From Acidobacteriota bacterium (lineage in GTDB: Bacteria > Zixibacteria > MSB-5A5 > GN15 > FEB-12): a stretch of 64,000 nt of DNA. This document shows positions 27,051 through 36,353 of the stretch, piece by piece. Numbering within the stretch: the first letter of the stretch is position 1; every line of letters starts with the position of its first letter. The notes beneath the pieces are model-generated. The model was not told where the DNA came from, made no database searches, and worked only from the letters and a program-made list of their open reading frames with translations. The stretch spans positions 196,981 through 260,980 of the forward strand of contig DATKXK010000005.1 of NCBI GenBank assembly GCA_035529075.1, in the 5' to 3' direction. The translations under genes were made by a program, and so were the position numbers.

Positions 27051-29552
27051 CTAATTATTCTGACATTCCTCTACCAGGGAGCGATAGCGGCTTATAAGGC
27101 GCGACGTGTTCTGCTTCGACGTCGATTCGGCCAGAATGTTGAAGGAGGCCCTGAAACGGTCCGGTGAGACCAGGACCCAGCTGTCGTCCTCGAGAATCCG
27201 TACGCCGTCGACCAGCTGCCGCTTCTTGCTGCTGGAGTCGGTGATCAGTCGGCGCATTACCAACCCCTTCTTGGACCAGGGGCAGGGCACCGAGACGCTT
27301 GCGCGCACGTATTGTTCGAACTTCTGGCGCAGTTCTCCGAACCTGGTGTTGGCGTGGGTCATCATTTCGAGAATCTTGGCCGTGGTCAGGATGGCGTCGG
27401 AGCCGGTCTGGAAGCCCGGGAAGATGAAGCCACCCCTTGTCCCGCCGACGAAATCAGCTTTTCCCTGCCGGCGGGCTTCCATCATGGCCAGGTGAGCATC
27501 GGCCACTCGAATGACCTCGACCCCGTGCTGCCCCGCGATTTCCTCGACTCCCATGGAAGCGCTGATCGGCACCGCGATCGATCTCGGGCGCTGCGCTCGG
27601 ATGTACAGTTCGGTAACCAGCAGGAGAAGCAACTGACTGTCGACCGGCTTGCCCCGTTCGTCGACCACGGTCAGTTTCTCCGCAGTCGGGTTGAGCGCGA
27701 TCCCGAGGTCGGCCTTCAGAGACGTGACAATAGCCGAGAGCTGGACAATCGACTGCGCCTGTTCCGCCGAAGAGGTCGAGAACTTGCGCGGATTGAGACT
27801 GGCGTTCAACTCGGTGGCGGTCACCCCCAGTATGGAGAAGAGCGTGGGGAAGATCTGCGACGAAGAACCGTTGGAGTGGTCGATAACGAGCTTGAAGGCG
27901 GCATTGCGGATCGTCTTGACGTCTATCTCGGCCAGGAACGCGTGGCGATAGTCCTCGATGACGCGCTGGGGGGTGTCGAGATGGCCGATCGTGTCCAGGG
28001 TTGCGCGCTCGAAATCCTCGCCGAAGTAGTTCCGTTCAATCTTTTTCAGCTTCGCCGTTGGCATGTCCAGCCCGCTACCGTCAAAGATGATGATGTCAAG
28101 CTGACGGTAATCGTCGGGGTTGTGCCTGACGTACATGCCGGCGGCATATTTCCCCTTGGTCAGGGCAAAGCGCACCACCGGAATCGGCATGGTCTCGAGG
28201 TCCGAGACGTTGACGCCGGAGGCCAGCAGTCCGGAGATGAAACTGCGGCGAAGCAGACGGGAGATGTCCGAGGCGTCCCGGCTGGTCACGACCGCCGCAC
28301 CCCGGCCCAGTGAGGCACCGAAAGCCGCCCCGAAGCGAACGCACATCTCCGGGCTGATCTCGGTCAGGGCCAGGCCCGTCACTTTCGAGTCCGTGAACAG
28401 TTCCCGGTTCCACTTCTCACCCCAGACCAGGGAACTGGAGACTATGGCCCCATCGTCGACTCTCTTGGCCGGCCAGATTTTGCAGTTGGCCTTGATGGTC
28501 GATTCGTCGCCGAGAACGCAGTCGTCAGATACGATGACGTTGTCCTGCAACTGGACGTTCTTGCCCAGCCAGGAACGCCCGCATATAATGGCACTGCTGG
28601 CCACGCTGTTGGGGCCGATGGTCACATCCGGCCAGATCGTGGTGTCCTTGAGTCGACACCGGCGGCCGATCCGGCTCCGCTGGCCGACCGTGCAGTTCTG
28701 AAGTCTGGCTCCCGGCTCCACGACGACGTCATCGCCGAGGATGACCGTTCCGGCCAGCTCAACGTCCTCTTCGACACGAACATTGGCCCCCTTGAACACG
28801 ACGCCGCCGTCCAACGCAGTCCGCTCGACTTTCAGATCGAGATTCATGAGTCCGGCGTACAGGTCCTGATGCACGCGCCGGTATTCGTCAACGTTGCCGA
28901 CGTCCTTCCAGTAGCCGTCCATAACCTTGCCGTACAGTCTCATTTTCCGGGAAAGCATGAGCGGATACAGGTTCTGCGAGAAGTCAAAGTCCTGGTTGGC
29001 GGGAATCAGTTCGACGGTGCCCGGCTCCAGGATATAAATGCCGGTATTGATGGTATCGGAGAAGGCTTCGCCCCAGCTCGGCTTTTCCAGAAACCGGACA
29101 ATGCGACCGTCAGATTCGGTGAGGACGATTCCATAGCTGAGGGGATTCTCGGCGCGGGTGAGCAGAATCGTGGCCTCCGAGCCGCGCTCCCGGTGCCACT
29201 TTATAGCTTCCGCCAGGTCGAAATCGGAGATCAGGTCGCCCGAAATAACGATCACCGTTTCGTTGATCTTGTCCAGAGCGCACCGGACGGCTCCGGCCGT
29301 GCCGTAATCGTCATCCGGCTGACGGTACTTCATGTTGACCCCGTAAGCGCTCCCGTTGCCGAAATGAGCCCTGATGGCGTCTCCCTGGAAGTACAGCAGC
29401 GAAGTGACGTCGGTGATGCCGTGCCTGGTCAACAGCGTGACCACGTGCTCCATCATCGGCAGGTTGCCGACCGGCACCATCGGCTTGGGGATATTAATGG
29501 TGAGCGGCCGCAACCTGGTGCCGAACCCCCCCGCCATTATAATCGCTTTCAC
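27051..29552 (-). CDS. Sugar-phosphate nucleotidyltransferase fused to a left-handed beta-helix and a phosphohexomutase-like C-terminal domain
   Basis: The start is trimmed to GTG 29552, with GGAGGG at 29562-29567. MAGGFGTRLRPLT...KPMVP is the NTP-transferase motif and hexapeptide repeats follow. The C-terminal half is collinear with PGM/PMM but its catalytic motifs are altered (see findings). Confidence 0.82.
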   Translation of the reverse strand: MKAIIMAGGFGTRLRPLTINIPKPMVPVGNLPMMEHVVTLLTRHGITDVTSLLYFQGDAIRAHFGNGSAYGVNMKYRQPDDDYGTAGAVRCALDKINETVIVISGDLISDFDLAEAIKWHRERGSEATILLTRAENPLSYGIVLTESDGRIVRFLEKPSWGEAFSDTINTGIYILEPGTVELIPANQDFDFSQNLYPLMLSRKMRLYGKVMDGYWKDVGNVDEYRRVHQDLYAGLMNLDLKVERTALDGGVVFKGANVRVEEDVELAGTVILGDDVVVEPGARLQNCTVGQRSRIGRRCRLKDTTIWPDVTIGPNSVASSAIICGRSWLGKNVQLQDNVIVSDDCVLGDESTIKANCKIWPAKRVDDGAIVSSSLVWGEKWNRELFTDSKVTGLALTEISPEMCVRFGAAFGASLGRGAAVVTSRDASDISRLLRRSFISGLLASGVNVSDLETMPIPVVRFALTKGKYAAGMYVRHNPDDYRQLDIIIFDGSGLDMPTAKLKKIERNYFGEDFERATLDTIGHLDTPQRVIEDYRHAFLAEIDVKTIRNAAFKLVIDHSNGSSSQIFPTLFSILGVTATELNASLNPRKFSTSSAEQAQSIVQLSAIVTSLKADLGIALNPTAEKLTVVDERGKPVDSQLLLLLVTELYIRAQRPRSIAVPISASMGVEEIAGQHGVEVIRVADAHLAMMEARRQGKADFVGGTRGGFIFPGFQTGSDAILTTAKILEMMTHANTRFGELRQKFEQYVRASVSVPCPWSKKGLVMRRLITDSSSKKRQLVDGVRILEDDSWVLVSPDRFRASFNILAESTSKQNTSRLISRYRSLVEECQNN

Positions 29553-29580
29553 GAACGGATTCCCTCCGCCACGTAGGCAA

Positions 29581-30249
29581 TTAGTCTGCCAGCATGTCCA
29601 TTTCGAGCATGCGGGTGCTGACCTCAAAGAAATCGGTAAAGCCAGTATAACGAATATTCTCTCGGAGGCAATACTGTTCGAGGTCTTTTTTGGCAAAAAC
29701 GACGTCCGCCTCCCTGGTTGCGCAGGCATCCGAGAGACCGTCACCCACGAAGACAACGAGGCAATCGGAGCCGACTCCGGCCCGGTATTCAGCGATGCGC
29801 TCACCCTTGCAACTGCCGCATCGGCGGCACTCGCGGTTGACGTACGGGAATTCGATGCTGATGCCGTCACCGACAAGGCGCCCGACGTTTGACAGGAACT
29901 TAAGATCGGAGTGCCCGTGGCGGTCCAGAAGGTACCTGATATAAAAGTCCAGGCCCTCCGATACGATGATCGGGTCCACCCGGTTACGGCGGCAGAGTTC
30001 CGCAAACCGTGAGAAGCCGGGATCGAGACTAAACCGGTCGAGAAATTCGTGGATCTCTTTCGGGGTGGCGTGCACCATGGCGGCTTCGCGCAGCAGGCAT
30101 TCACGGGTGGAGATGCGCCCTTCCATCCAGTCCGGGATCAGTTCGTCGTTCCTGCCGCCGGAGAAATGGTTAAACAGCGTGTACCCGATGTCGGTCGTCG
30201 CGACCGTACCGTCGAAATCGCAGAATATCAGGAGGGGCTTCTTTCTCAT
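29581..30249 (-). CDS. HAD-IB family phosphatase, MtnX-like
   Basis: Contains the DFDGT motif I, the CRRCGSCKG cysteine cluster seen in MtnX-type proteins, and the late GDGLSD motif. Confidence 0.72.
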   Translation of the reverse strand: MRKKPLLIFCDFDGTVATTDIGYTLFNHFSGGRNDELIPDWMEGRISTRECLLREAAMVHATPKEIHEFLDRFSLDPGFSRFAELCRRNRVDPIIVSEGLDFYIRYLLDRHGHSDLKFLSNVGRLVGDGISIEFPYVNRECRRCGSCKGERIAEYRAGVGSDCLVVFVGDGLSDACATREADVVFAKKDLEQYCLRENIRYTGFTDFFEVSTRMLEMDMLAD

Positions 30250-30255
30250 ACAGTA

Positions 30256-30537
30256 TCAGCCCGCCAGCACAATTGTTGACAGCAGGAGGGCGGCCAGCAT
30301 GAAGCACAGCAGCCAGTAACGGTAAAACGCCGAGCGGCGGAACATTTCCGACAGGACGATCAGGCGCGTGAGGGTGGCCAGCAGCACGATTATTATGCCC
30401 CACCTGGACAAATCGGCAGAGATCGGCCAGCCGAGCACCGAGAGCAGGGTTGTGGTCAGGAACCACACGAGGAAAAGATACCACATCACCCGCTGAACGA
30501 CGACAAGCACCCCGAGATCAAGCACCCTGTCCTTCAT
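30256..30537 (-). CDS. Small hypothetical membrane protein (93 aa)
   Basis: ATG 30537 overlaps the stop of the upstream TauE gene (ATGA). There are three hydrophobic segments. I recognise no family. Confidence 0.5.
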   Translation of the reverse strand: MKDRVLDLGVLVVVQRVMWYLFLVWFLTTTLLSVLGWPISADLSRWGIIIVLLATLTRLIVLSEMFRRSAFYRYWLLCFMLAALLLSTIVLAG

Positions 30538-31301
30538 AACAGACCTGCCAGGGGTTCCCAGGCCAGGCGAAAAGCCAGATAAAGCATGGTAACGAAGAAC
30601 AGGATCTTCACGACGAACGGTTTGGCCAGAGTGCCGAAGTAACCTCCGATTTTGCCGCCGAAAATGATGCCGAGGATCACCGGCGACACGACAGCCGGGT
30701 CCAGGCGCCCGCTGAGGAAATAGACGGCCGTGGCGGCGGCTGCGGAGAAACCTATCAGGAAGGCCGACGTCCCCCTCGCCGTCGTCAGCGGCAGCCCGAC
30801 GATCAGAAACAACAGGGGGATGATGATGACTCCCCCGCCGATACCGATCATTCCGGCCAGGGTCCCGGCCACGTAGATGAGCGCGCTGCACAGCAACAGG
30901 TAGCGCTTCCGACTGTCCTGAAAGGTCATCCGTTCCGAGGGCTGCCGCCCTTTGAGGAACGCGAAAGCGGTATAGAGCAGGACAGCCGTGAACATGAGCC
31001 TCAGCAAATCGGTGGGCACGTAGCTGCTGAGAATGCTCCCGGTAATGTTCCCCATGGCCATGAAGATGGTCAGTACCACCACCAGTTCCAGGTCGACCAT
31101 GCCGCGCCTGAGGTATTCCGTGGAGGACGCGATCGAGTTTACGACGATTGCCGCCACCGAGACCGGAATCGCCGTCTTCATATCAAGACCGGTCGCGACG
31201 GTGAGAAAGGGCACCATGACGATGCCGCCGCCCAGCCCGAGATAGCCGCCGAGCACGCCGGCGGTCAGTCCGCAGATGACGTAGAGTAGGTAATCGCTCA
31301 T
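30534..31301 (-). CDS. TauE/SafE (TSUP) family anion permease
   Basis: It is polytopic and has the duplicated G-rich GLGGGI.MVP / GIGGGVIIIPLL motifs. Confidence 0.85.
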   Translation of the reverse strand: MSDYLLYVICGLTAGVLGGYLGLGGGIVMVPFLTVATGLDMKTAIPVSVAAIVVNSIASSTEYLRRGMVDLELVVVLTIFMAMGNITGSILSSYVPTDLLRLMFTAVLLYTAFAFLKGRQPSERMTFQDSRKRYLLLCSALIYVAGTLAGMIGIGGGVIIIPLLFLIVGLPLTTARGTSAFLIGFSAAAATAVYFLSGRLDPAVVSPVILGIIFGGKIGGYFGTLAKPFVVKILFFVTMLYLAFRLAWEPLAGLL

Positions 31302-32875
31302 GTGGAGGGTTCCCGCAGGAGCCTGGAGGCTGTTTGAATCTCGGGCCTCTGGTGGATAAGCACGCGTGCATATGCTTCGTACGTCCCGAATCTCCGTTCG
31401 CAGGCAATCTGCTGCAGCCGCATCTTGATATAATCGGCGTACTTCGCAAACTGGCGGGCGTCGTCCGCTCTTGCTCGTCTCAGGAGTTCTCCGACGGCCT
31501 TAACCGTCTGGATGCGGGCGCGTTCGAGGCGGGACAGGTCGACGAGCAACTGGGCACCGCGCGTGGCCCGGGAGACGAATCGGAAATTCTCGCGCACCGC
31601 GAATCGCTCCAGTCGCCTGAGCCAGTCGTCGGAGAGGCGGAAGCCATCGGAGGCGGCGATGATTTCATCCTGGTGTTCGTGAGCGAACTTGTACAGCAAC
31701 AGCGAGTTTTCAAGCGCGCGGGGGAACTCGCTTCGCTCGACCGACCTGAGATAATGGTCCGGAACCAGGCCGTGCCCGGTGTCGTTGAGCGTGGAATCGA
31801 ACTCGTTGAGGTAAACGTCGCCGTCAAGGTAGTACCGGGAAATAGTCAGCCGCAGGCCGCTTCCGTCGGGAAAGCGCGTGAACCCCTGGACAAGACCCTT
31901 GCCGAACGTAGTATCGCCCACCAGGACGGCTCGGCCCAGTTGCCGCAAGGCTCCGGCGACGATTTCGGCGGCCGACGCAGTGCCGCGATCAACCATGACC
32001 GCCATGGGAAGGCCGCCCGTGCGGTCCTGCCCGCTCGAATAATGGGCTTCCCTGTTCCAGCGCGAGCGGCTGTCAGTGCCGACAATGAACCGGCCGGCCT
32101 CCAGGAACAGATTGGCCGTTCGATATGCCTCCGCGAACAGGCCTCCCGGATTGCCGCGAAGGTCAAGGATGACGCCGCAGGGTGTCCTCTTGCGGTCTGC
32201 AAGCAGGGAATCAAGGGCCTCGGCAAGCTCTTCTGAGGCTCCGGCGTCGAAATCCAGCAGGCGAAGGTACAGAATGCTGTCGGGAGTGAAGCCCGCAAAC
32301 GGCACGTGCATGAGGTCGATGCGGCTGCGCGTTATATCCAGAAGTAGCGTATCGTCACTGACCGGACGCAGCACCTTCACCGCCACCTCGGTGTCCTCCC
32401 TGCCGCGCAGCAGGCTGCTGGCGCGTTCCGGCGACACCTGCGCGAGAACGACACCGTCGGCCTGGATGATGACGTCTCCGGTCAAAAGCCCGCCCCGTGA
32501 GGCCGGACCGCCCTCCCGGACCGACATGATCATCAGCCCCCTCTGGTGGGGAATGACGGTCACGCCGATGCCGCCGTAGCTGCCGGTCATCTCCTCGTCC
32601 ATTTGCTCGAACAGTTCCGGCTCCACGTATGATGAGTAGCGGTCCAGTTGCAGGAACATCTCGTCCATCGCGGATCGAAACATGCCGTCCCAGTCCAGTT
32701 GGCCGGAATACATGTGTTCGACCTCTACGGCCAGATGCGCCAGCGAGACCGCCCGGTGCAGCCCGCGGTCGGACAGGACGTACACGGCCATGGTTCCGCA
32801 GATCCCGACCAGGAGAAACATGAAGAGGACGGACAGAAGAACGATGCGACGATTGAACGACTGGACGTGACTCAT
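31298..32875 (-). CDS. ctp: S41 family C-terminal processing peptidase with a PDZ domain and C-terminal extension
   Basis: An N-terminal TM segment, a GGIGV PDZ region, and the motifs DLRGNPGG, TASAAEI and GDTTFGKGLVQ are present. Confidence 0.85.
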   Translation of the reverse strand: MSHVQSFNRRIVLLSVLFMFLLVGICGTMAVYVLSDRGLHRAVSLAHLAVEVEHMYSGQLDWDGMFRSAMDEMFLQLDRYSSYVEPELFEQMDEEMTGSYGGIGVTVIPHQRGLMIMSVREGGPASRGGLLTGDVIIQADGVVLAQVSPERASSLLRGREDTEVAVKVLRPVSDDTLLLDITRSRIDLMHVPFAGFTPDSILYLRLLDFDAGASEELAEALDSLLADRKRTPCGVILDLRGNPGGLFAEAYRTANLFLEAGRFIVGTDSRSRWNREAHYSSGQDRTGGLPMAVMVDRGTASAAEIVAGALRQLGRAVLVGDTTFGKGLVQGFTRFPDGSGLRLTISRYYLDGDVYLNEFDSTLNDTGHGLVPDHYLRSVERSEFPRALENSLLLYKFAHEHQDEIIAASDGFRLSDDWLRRLERFAVRENFRFVSRATRGAQLLVDLSRLERARIQTVKAVGELLRRARADDARQFAKYADYIKMRLQQIACERRFGTYEAYARVLIHQRPEIQTASRLLREPST

Positions 32876-33534
32876 TGCCGGCCGAGTTTCCGGATCAGGT
32901 GGTGTTTGACGTCGTCAAAGACTTCATCTACCGAACGGGACGCGTCGACGACCTTGACGCGCCGGCTCTCCTTCCGGGCGATTTCCAGGAAGCCTCGGCG
33001 GACCCTGCGGAAGAAGGCCCCGGATTGTGACTCGAGGCGATCGGGCTTTTTCGTCCGCCTGGCCCGGGCCGCCGAAAGGTCCAGGTCGAAGACGAGAGTG
33101 AGGTCGGGCTGGATTTGCCCGACGGCCACCCGGTGCAGCGATGTCACCATGCGGATATCCAGGCCGCGCCCATACCCCTGGTAGGCGGTAGTGCTGTCGT
33201 AGAAGCGGTCGCACAGGACAATCGTTCCCGCCTGAAGGGCGGGCACGATTTCGCAGGCCATGATCTCCGCCCGGGCCGCCTCGTACAGCAACAATTCGGT
33301 GATGGGAGACATCTCGATCCGCCGGTCAAGCAGGATTCTTCTGATTCTCTCCGACACACGGGTGGCGCCCGGCTCTCTCAACTGCCTGACACGGTAGCCC
33401 TGAGCCGTAAGAAACCGCGCGGCGCGTGCCGTCTGAGTCGACTTGCCGCACCCATCCACTCCCTCGAACGTGACAAACAGCCGCGGCCGTCTGACTCTCG
33501 TGGCTTTCCTTTTTGTACGTGCCTTCGTGACCAT
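32872..33534 (-). CDS. tmk: dTMP (thymidylate) kinase
   Basis: Contains the FVTFEGVDGCGKST P-loop and the DRF...S..AYQG motif. ATG 33534 is preferred because the upstream in-frame extension runs through a terminator hairpin. Confidence 0.82.
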   Translation of the reverse strand: MVTKARTKRKATRVRRPRLFVTFEGVDGCGKSTQTARAARFLTAQGYRVRQLREPGATRVSERIRRILLDRRIEMSPITELLLYEAARAEIMACEIVPALQAGTIVLCDRFYDSTTAYQGYGRGLDIRMVTSLHRVAVGQIQPDLTLVFDLDLSAARARRTKKPDRLESQSGAFFRRVRRGFLEIARKESRRVKVVDASRSVDEVFDDVKHHLIRKLGRQ

Positions 33535-33563
33535 GAAAAAAACCGGCGATCGTTGATCGCCGG
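33535..33563 (-). terminator. Intrinsic terminator after ino1
   Basis: On the minus strand, the 9-bp stem CCGGCGATC / GATCGCCGG (33543-33563) has a 3-nt loop and is followed by TTTTTTT (33535-33542). Confidence 0.65.
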
Positions 33564-33595
33564 TTAATCTACTCAATTCGCGGATTGATTCAAGA

Positions 33596-34810
33596 CTATT
33601 TTTTCTTTCTGACCACGCGCTGAGGAAGGGTTGTCCTCGTGGTCGTTTTCTTCGTGGTCGCCTTTCTCTTGGCCGGCGGTTTTGCGGCCGCGGGTTTCTT
33701 GGCGGCGGCTCGTGCCGCTTTCGGCCGCGCCTTTTTCCAGCCGTACCTGGCGATGAATTCCTCGGTCAGGCGGCGGGCCTCTTCGTCCGTGTACTGGATG
33801 GGCGGCGACTTCTTGAAATAGGACGAGGGCTCCACCACGGCCCCGGACAGCTTGTTGTCAAGGGCCAGCTTGCAGCACCTCACGGCGTCGATCACTACGC
33901 CGGCGGAGTTGGGGCTGTCCCACACTTCCATCTTCATCTCGATGTTGAGCGGCACGTTGCCGAAGGTGGTACCCTCCATGCGGATGTAGGCCCATTTGCG
34001 GTCGTCAAGCCACTCGACGTAGTCGGACGGTCCGATGTGGATGTTTCCGGGCTTCATCTCGTAGGTGAGCTGGCTGGTAACGGCGTTGGTCTTGGAGATC
34101 TTCTTTGACTCCAGGCGCGACCGCTCCAGCATGTTCAGGAAATCGGTGTTGCCGCCGACATTGAGCTGGCTGGTCCGCTCCAGCTTCACGCCGCGATCGA
34201 GAAACAGGCGCGTCAACACGCGATGGGCGATGGTGGCACCCACCTGTGACTTGATATCGTCCCCGATGACGGGCAGGCCTTTCTCCTTGAAGCGCTTCTG
34301 CCAGTAAGGCTCGCGGGCGATGAAGACCGGGATGCAGTTTACCAGGCCGCAACCGGCTTCCAGAATCTGCTCCACGTACCACTTTGTGGCCTCCTCCGAA
34401 CCGACGGGCAGGTAATTGATAACGACGTCCGTGTTGGTGTCTTTCAACAACCTGACGATGTCCACCGTCTCCCCGGGAGCTTTCTCGATGATCTGCGAAA
34501 GGTAGTACCCCAGCCCGTCGTGCGTCATGCCGCGCTGCACGGTGATTCCCAGTTTGGGCACGTCGCAGAACTTGTACGTGTTGTTCGGCCAGGTGTAGAT
34601 CGCCTCGGAAAGATCCTTGCCCACCTTGTTCTTGTCGATGTCGATGGCGGCTGAGAATTCGATGTCCCGGATGTGGTAGCCGCCGAGATTGACGTGCATA
34701 AGGCCGGGCACGACGTCCTCGTCCTTGGCCTTCCGGTAAAACTCAACTCCCTGCACGAGGGAGGAGGCACAGTTGCCAACGCCGATGATGGCCACGCGCA
34801 CTTTTGCCAT
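33596..34810 (-). CDS. ino1: myo-Inositol-1-phosphate synthase with a Lys/Ala-rich C-terminal tail
   Basis: The start is trimmed to ATG 34810, with AAAGGA upstream. [21 protein letters not shown] is the NAD site, and ...GDDIKSQ.GAT... and ...LNVGGNTDF are typical MIPS blocks. Confidence 0.88.
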   Translation of the reverse strand: MAKVRVAIIGVGNCASSLVQGVEFYRKAKDEDVVPGLMHVNLGGYHIRDIEFSAAIDIDKNKVGKDLSEAIYTWPNNTYKFCDVPKLGITVQRGMTHDGLGYYLSQIIEKAPGETVDIVRLLKDTNTDVVINYLPVGSEEATKWYVEQILEAGCGLVNCIPVFIAREPYWQKRFKEKGLPVIGDDIKSQVGATIAHRVLTRLFLDRGVKLERTSQLNVGGNTDFLNMLERSRLESKKISKTNAVTSQLTYEMKPGNIHIGPSDYVEWLDDRKWAYIRMEGTTFGNVPLNIEMKMEVWDSPNSAGVVIDAVRCCKLALDNKLSGAVVEPSSYFKKSPPIQYTDEEARRLTEEFIARYGWKKARPKAARAAAKKPAAAKPPAKRKATTKKTTTRTTLPQRVVRKKK

Positions 34811-34949
34811 TCCTTTGACCCCTTGCTTGTATGGTTCCTTTATGACCTGTTGACTTTTCTGCCTGCGGCAAGGATACAGGCGCCGTGACGGCGGGGTCAA
34901 ATTATATTTGCACCGCGGGCAAAAATATATAATAATAGTATAGCTATTG

Positions 34950-34963
34950 TGACCAAATGGTCA
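34950..34963. promoter_or_regulatory. Candidate TetR operator
   Basis: A perfect inverted repeat TGACC-AAAT-GGTCA lies in the AT-rich divergent intergenic region between ino1 and the TetR gene. A second palindrome GTTGCGCAAC lies at 34972-34981. Confidence 0.35.
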
Positions 34964-35028
34964 TGTGAGGTGTTGCGCAACGCGCCCTGCGGCCTGCCGC
35001 CGGGGCACTGATACAGGCAGGTTTTTCA

Positions 35029-35676
35029 ATGCTCGATGAAAACACCGTCGCCGACCTCGTTGAGCGCGGCGTAATCAACGATACGTTCCGGCGGCTGCCA
35101 CGGCAGAAGAAGAATCAGATCTACCGGACGGCGGTGGCGCTGTTCGGTGAGTATGGGTACGACGGTCTGCCGGTGGACAGGTTATGCCGCGAGGCCGGAA
35201 TTTCGAAGGGATCGTTCTTCCAGTATTTTCCGTCGAAGAGCCACCTGCTGGAGTTTACTATCCTCGTGTTTGACGACTACCTGGTCAAATGGCTGGCCGA
35301 GATTCGTCGGCAGGAGAAGACCGTCTTCGCCCGGGAGCGGCTGCGCTACCTCTACGAGGCGCTGGTTCTTAACGCCAAACTGTACCGATCGGAGCAAAGG
35401 TTCTACCTTTTTGTGACTCACGCCCTGCGACACGCGGCGGTGGTGACGGAGGGGATTGACCTGGAACGGCACTTCCGCCAGTACGTGTGTGAGATTGTCG
35501 AGCGTGCCGCGCAGACGGGCGAGATACGTGCAGACTTCGAAGTTGATTTGACCGGCTACCTTGTCTCGAACATCATCGAGGCCTTGGTGCAACGCCAGTT
35601 CTCCGGCCACAGGACGCCGCGACGCGAGACCGAGGAATACCTCGTTTCGTTTCTCTTTGACGGCATAAAGGGATAG
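35029..35676 (+). CDS. TetR/AcrR family transcriptional regulator
   Basis: The N-terminal HTH is FGEYGYDGLPVDRLCREAGISKGSFFQYFPSK. Confidence 0.88.
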   Translation: MLDENTVADLVERGVINDTFRRLPRQKKNQIYRTAVALFGEYGYDGLPVDRLCREAGISKGSFFQYFPSKSHLLEFTILVFDDYLVKWLAEIRRQEKTVFARERLRYLYEALVLNAKLYRSEQRFYLFVTHALRHAAVVTEGIDLERHFRQYVCEIVERAAQTGEIRADFEVDLTGYLVSNIIEALVQRQFSGHRTPRRETEEYLVSFLFDGIKG

Positions 35677-35755
35677 GGCGGCCTCGGTCGGCCAGGCACC
35701 GGGGTGCCGACGGGAGCTGAGCGCTTGACGGGCCGGGTGAGTACGGCAACTGCTC

Positions 35756-36316
35756 TCAGGACGGGAAATCGAACCTGTCCACGGAGATGATCTTGCCGAC
35801 AGCTTTGCGGGTGCGGGGAGCCTGGTCCTGCTCGCGCTCTTTTGGACCCAGGAGATCGGCCGGGCCCTCGTAGCCGAGAGAAATCACGCACATGACGTGG
35901 TATTCATCGGGAATGGCAAGGGCCTGCTTGATGGCCGGTGCCTTCCAGCCGGCCATCGGGTGCGCCATCAGGCCTTCAGTGACGGCCCCCAGCAGCAGCG
36001 ACATGGCGGCCAAACCGCAATCGAACTGGTAATATGCGATTGGATCGTCGTCGCGCGTGTAGTCGTCCTGTTCCCGGGCGCAGATAACGACGAGAACCGG
36101 GGCTCGGGCGGCCCACTGGTTGCCGCGAGCCAGGGCCGAGACCACTTTCGCGTGCTGCTGAGTGTCGGATACGAATATAAACCGCCAGGGCTGGTTGTTT
36201 GAACAGGAGGGTGACCAGCGGACGGTCTCAAACAGCCGTTCAAGGACGTCCTGCGGCACGGGCCTGTCCAGGTAGGACCTCCGGCTGCGCCGCTCAAGGA
36301 AAATCGATTTTACCAC
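35756..36316 (-). CDS. Nitroreductase family protein
   Basis: Contains RRSRRSY...RWSPSCSNNQPWRF and a C-terminal GY region. Confidence 0.82.
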   Translation of the reverse strand: MVKSIFLERRSRRSYLDRPVPQDVLERLFETVRWSPSCSNNQPWRFIFVSDTQQHAKVVSALARGNQWAARAPVLVVICAREQDDYTRDDDPIAYYQFDCGLAAMSLLLGAVTEGLMAHPMAGWKAPAIKQALAIPDEYHVMCVISLGYEGPADLLGPKEREQDQAPRTRKAVGKIISVDRFDFPS

Positions 36317-36353
36317 AGTACCACCTTCCGGACAAGAGGAAGCTGCTTTTCTG

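Noticed and set aside
29553-30104. N-terminal 184-codon extension of the 1017-aa ORF (27051..30104, minus strand)
   Set aside because: It overlaps the well-supported HAD phosphatase gene (29581-30249) in another frame and has low-complexity S/T/A/R-rich composition. The recognisable nucleotidyltransferase begins at GTG 29552, which has its own GGAGGG RBS.
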